A stretch of 64,000 nt of DNA from Mustelus asterias (lineage: Eukaryota), in NCBI RefSeq assembly GCF_964213995.1, contig NW_027590202.1, forward strand, positions 248,001-312,000. Direction: 5' to 3'. Below the pieces are notes generated by a model. The model was given only the letters and a program-made list of their open reading frames with translations. It was not told the origin of the DNA and did no database searches. The translations under genes and the position numbers were made by a program. Below are positions 59,658 through 64,000 of this stretch, one piece after another (position 1 is the first letter of the stretch; each line of letters begins with the position of its first letter).

Positions 59658-60800
59658 TGATTTGAGAATCTGAGCACACACTGTAAGTCTTCTGTTAGCA
59701 CAACAAACTCACAGAGAATCCAGATATTTTCAAAACGTGACAATACTTGCGGACATTCACTTAATCCATATTCACCCATTCAGAGGACCCCGTGCTTGTG
59801 GGTTCAGATATCCATTGTATGTATATTGGGTTGTAGGTGTCTGCCCCACTCTCTGTCCGGCTCTGTCTCTTTTTGTCACTGGAGACCTTTCTCAGACTCT
59901 TTCACTCCTCAGTCTCTCTGTCCGTGCATCGAACACTGTTCCCTTTTTTGCTCTTTGCTCCCTCTATTCCCTCGCTGTCTGTGTTTCATCAAGGTTCACT
60001 GGATTTAATCCTGTGATGAGGCAGTTGTCCTGGGAGGAGAGATTCAGTGGGACGCGTCTGTTTTCTCTGTAGATTAGAATAATGCTCACCATTAGAGCAG
60101 GGAACTACAACATAGCAGCCAGCTGCAAATGGTCACTCAAAGCATTTGAGACACTTGCTGTTGCTGCCGCATAGAATGAAAAAGGTCACATGCTTTGAGT
60201 GATCATTTGCATCTGGCGGCTCTGTGGTGTGATTTGAGAATCTGAGCACACTCTGCAAGTCTTCTGTAAGCACAACACACTCACAGAGAATCCAGACATT
60301 TTCAAAAAGTGACAGTGCTTGCGGACATTCACTTAATCCTTATTCACCCATCCAGATGACCCCATGCTTGTGGGTTCAGACAGCTATTTTGCGTATATTG
60401 GGTTTTGGGTGTCTGCCCCACTTTCTGTCCCTCTCTGTCTCTTTTTGTCGCTGGAGACCTGCCTCAGACTCTATCACTCTCTCAGTCTCTCTATCTGTGC
60501 ATCGATCACTGTTCCCTCTTTTGCTCTTTGCTCCCTAGATTCTCTCGCTGTCTATGTTTAACCAAGGTTCACTGGATTTAATCCTAAGATGAGGCGGTTG
60601 TCCTGGGAGGAGAGATTAAGTGGAATGAATTTATTTTCTCTGTATATTAGAAGAATGCTCGCCATGAGACAAGAGAACCTACAACATAGCAGCCGGCTGC
60701 AAATGGTCACCCAAAGCATTTTACCCACTTGCCGTTACTGGCACATTGAATGAGAAAGGCCACGTGCTTTGAGTGACCATTTGCACCTGACGGCTCTGTT
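59658..60800 (+). repeat. ~572-bp tandem duplication
   Basis: TGATTTGAGAATCTGAGCACA at 59658 and 60230, colinear thereafter. Confidence 0.9.
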
Positions 60801-60803
60801 GCT

Positions 60804-60875
60804 GGTTCTGTGATGTGACGGTGAGCACTCTGGACTCTGAATGCAGCAATTGGAGTTCAGAACTCGGTGAAGGAT
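60804..60875 (+). pseudogene. tRNA-Gln(CTG) pseudogene
   Basis: GGTTCTGTGATGTGACGGTGAGCACTCTGGACTCTGAATGCAG... Confidence 0.8.
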
Positions 60876-61534
60876 TGTTGTTTTTTGCTCAAGCCGATGA
60901 TGGGTTTTCTGAAGAGCATTTAATTTTAAATTCTCAGAACGTGGAAATATAAACATTGAGGAAATTTCAGCAAATTCCACCGCAATCAATTGCAGATGTT
61001 GCAGCGAAAGACTCTCCTGGCATCATTGCATCAGCCCCAGAGAACGATTGCTAAGAATACGAAGCGCTGAGAGGCAGGGAAGCCACAGTGAGCATGGGGT
61101 CCACCGACAGGAGACATTCACTCAGTTATTTGTCCCAATTTAAACAAAAAGAGATCGGAGGCGAGAGGCCAGAGTGCGAACCGTTACACCTTGGAATCAA
61201 CAGCATTCTGACCGAAGACACTAGATTTTTCTCCCAAAACACACACACGTATCGAGTCTCTCTCTCTCTCTCTCTCTCTCAGACACACACACACACACAC
61301 ATTTGCTCAATAATTCGCAGACTCCAGTCGAATTGTTATTGTGTGACACCAACTGCTTCTTCCTTTCAACAGAGGAGTTAAAGAGTTGTCGAAAAGATGA
61401 AAAACACTGACATTGCAGGCATCTGGCGCCAGAGGCTCAGCAATGTGCATTGTAATCGCAGTTCGTACATCGTGAGAAAATTAAGCGAAACGCCCTTCAG
61501 CAAATCAATCACCAGCATTTGGCAAAGAAAGGCG

Positions 61535-61606
61535 AAGCCCCGCCGAGATTTGAATTCGGATCGCTGGATTCAGAGTCCAGAGTGCTCACCGTTACACCAC
61601 GGGACC
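61535..61606 (-). tRNA. tRNA-Gln(CTG), near-intact variant
   Basis: Reverse complement reads GGTCCCGTGGTGTAACGGTGAGCACTCTGGACTCTGAATCCAGCGATCCGAATTCAAATCTCGGCGGGGCTT. G53>A weakens the B box. Confidence 0.75.
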
Positions 61607-62749
61607 CACCACACGACAGCAGTTTGGAAATGCTCGCCCAATACTTGTGCCAATTTGAACAGGAGGGAGAAATATCAGTCCCATTACACAATCCCGTCAA
61701 TTACCCACAACAATTCATATTTACAGTGCCCTAGCTGGTTCCTCCTGGACAAATGGGTAAACTACCTTCAACTGCATTAAATTCCACTGTAGCTCACCAC
61801 ATTCAAAGAGCAATGTTAGCATCGAACTGATATGAACCTTACTGCGGTAAATGTACTGAACAACATCAGCTTATCACAGCTCTGTTTCCCTCACAATGGA
61901 AGCCAGTGTGAAAATATAAACAATTTCAAATCTTAACAGACAGGAAGGAGTTTGTGCCTGCGGATAATTGGTACTGCGCACGTTGCTGCAATCAGTGTCT
62001 GGGAGAATAAGGCAAATGAGATATTGGTGGTCCAGCTTTCAGGGTCGCAGACTGCCTTCGATATATTAACATTTAATATTTTTTATAAACAGCCCAGCGC
62101 TTTGTCCAAAGCAGCTCTGCGAGAATCAGTGGAGTGAGATTTGCAGTTTTGCTTCCGAATGGAAAATGTCACATAGAGAACAAGTCAAGAACAAGCACAG
62201 AAAGTGAAAGGAACTGATAGGATGCAAAGCGCAGCCGATAGAGATGGTGATACAAGGTAAATTCTGGGTGGCAATGGGTCAGATTTAATCGTTTGCATTG
62301 AGAGAAATATCACTCATTTCGGGATAAAATTCTCGGGCGAAATGACAAGAAAACTTCTCACTGAATGAAAGACTAATCAATTTGACTTCGACTGATTGCA
62401 AACAGTTTTCATTCAGAAAGCCGTAACTGTGAGATTAGCAAAGCGGGATGGAGAAGGACTCAGTTTGAGTGGTGACACTGCCAGAGGAATGGAGAGCTGG
62501 AGTTCACCCAGAAAAGCAGCAAAGATTCAAAATAATGGGAAGCAACCAATGTTGCCCTTGTCCATTATTCCTTGTGCCAGTTAATCCATCCTGTCTTGCT
62601 CGCTATCACAGACTTTCCCTTTTATATTCTTTACCAGAGATTCCCGTGTTAAATGCTGTTAAAAAAAACTCAACAGCTCAATTAATGTTTCATGAGAAAC
62701 GGGAATAATTCTGAAATCTGAATCACTTTGAAATGAAATCATTTGGAAA

Positions 62750-62821
62750 TGTTTCGGCCCGATCTTGAACTGGGGATTTTCCGCGTGTGAAATGAACGTG
62801 AGAACCACTACACGACATAGC
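62750..62821 (-). pseudogene. tRNA-Val(CAC) pseudogene
   Basis: TGTTTCGGCCCG...CGCGTGTGA...GAACGTGAGAACCACTACAC. Confidence 0.75.
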
Positions 62822-63011
62822 CATGTGCGCACTTGAAGCAGTTCCCGTTTACTGGTGGAGCAACTAAACTCGTCCGCCAAGCCAATCAGTTGCTCACTTT
62901 AATCAAAAGGGAAAATCTCAATGGGTCTGGCAGCATCTGTAAGGAGAGAAAAGAGCTAACGTTTCGAGTTTAGATGACCCTTTGTCAAAGCCTGAACGCA
63001 GGGTTGTCACA

Positions 63012-63083
63012 TTCCCTGACCGGGAATCGAAACCAGGCCACGGTGGTGAAAGGGCCGAATCTGAACGACTGGACCATCAGGGA
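63012..63083 (-). pseudogene. tRNA-Glu(TTC) pseudogene
   Basis: TTCCCTGACCGGGAATCGAAACC...GGTGAAAG...GACCATCAGGGA. Confidence 0.85.
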
Positions 63084-64000
63084 GGCTGATGCATGTCCCT
63101 TAAAACATTAATTTATCCATGAACCATCTGTCTTCTATTTTTATTTCAGACTTTTTATTCACCAAAAACAAGTTTCTCCTTGAAATTGTCATGTTTAGAT
63201 CGAACACAAGTGAGTGCATCAGCCAATGAGAAGAGCGATTCCTGTTCGCTGGAGCATGAAATCGACAGTGAGGTGAAATAGTCCCGCAAGCTGCTCATGT
63301 GGCACTTTCAGTTTCCAAAACCCACCAAACTCATCACTGTGGCTCCTGTGAAGCTTACAAGTTAACACACGGCAGGCATTCATCACTGAGAGCAACTGGC
63401 ACAAGTCATTTGCTAAACACTATCATGTCGCTTCTCTTCCTGTTTCTGTCGCTGCTTCTCATCCAGCTCCCTCTGGCCGGTCAGCTCCCAGGGTCAATTA
63501 GCTGCTTGATACAGACACAGACAGTTGGTGACAACGAGTTTTACCTGGAAAACAGAGTGTAAGACACAGGGTATTGAGAGGAGATGGAGTTTAGAGATGA
63601 CAGTATAAAGAGACACAGAAACATCATCTTCCTGATCCTCCCAGTTACTGATTACAGGAATGTACATAGTGCCAATTATCCACTGTCACCCTCTCCTTCC
63701 AGCCTTCAGCAGGGAGTTAAGTTTTGAAGTGTTTGAAGTCTTGCTACAGTTGTTCAGGGTTTTGTTGAGACCACATTTGGAATAGTGTGTGCAGTTTGGG
63801 TCTCTACATTTAAGACAGAATAAAAGCAAAATAATGAGGATGCTGGAAACTGAATCAAAAACAGAAAATGCCGCAAAATAACAACAGGTTTTACAGCATC
63901 TGTGGAGAGAGGATAAAGTCAACGTTTTGAATGACGATGACACTTCGTCAGTGTAGGCTATACATTTATCGGAGACGGTACCGCGAAGGTTCACTAGATT

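Larger units (their letters stand above)
56340..60085. repeat. tRNA-array unit A, copy 5 (intact Leu, Glu-psi, Pro-psi)
   Basis: Colinear with ~250-3335. Confidence 0.82.

Noticed and set aside
1-64000. CRISPR array, rRNA or prokaryotic operon
   Set aside because: No repeat-spacer structure and no rRNA motifs. The content is vertebrate.

Overview
Vertebrate nuclear DNA, almost certainly from a shark or other cartilaginous fish, judged from HE1/V-SINE-, SacSINE/DeuSINE-, CR1- and Penelope-type repeats and shark-like TCR V genes. Most of the window is a segmentally duplicated, decaying tRNA gene array. An ~8.9-kb unit (Glu-Leu-Glu-Pro-Lys-Glu-Cys-Asn-Thr) occurs in about 5 full or partial copies, and a second Gln-rich module recurs. 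About 40 tRNA-derived loci are visible, but only a handful look intact (Thr-TGT 8576, Lys-CTT 12579, Asn-GTT 20584, Pro-TGG 39740, Leu-AAG 56769), and each survives in a different paralogous copy. All five tRNA-Pro copies carry a 17-19-nt insert at the canonical 37/38 intron position. Inside the array (~27.2-33 kb) lies a foreign block with two T-cell receptor alpha/delta-type V segments on the minus strand. Each has a phase-1 splice acceptor and a 23-bp-spacer RSS; one V exon is open and the other is frameshifted. A perfect 86-bp inverted repeat marks the left edge of this block. Also present: young CR1 insertions (one with an uninterrupted ~620-codon RT frame), a CR1>SINE>CR1 nest, a hAT MITE carrying a piggyBac-like relic, and Penelope-derived palindromes with hammerhead-ribozyme cores. 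Nearly all short ORFs in the track are spurious. Coordinates were read by eye, and repeat boundaries are approximate.
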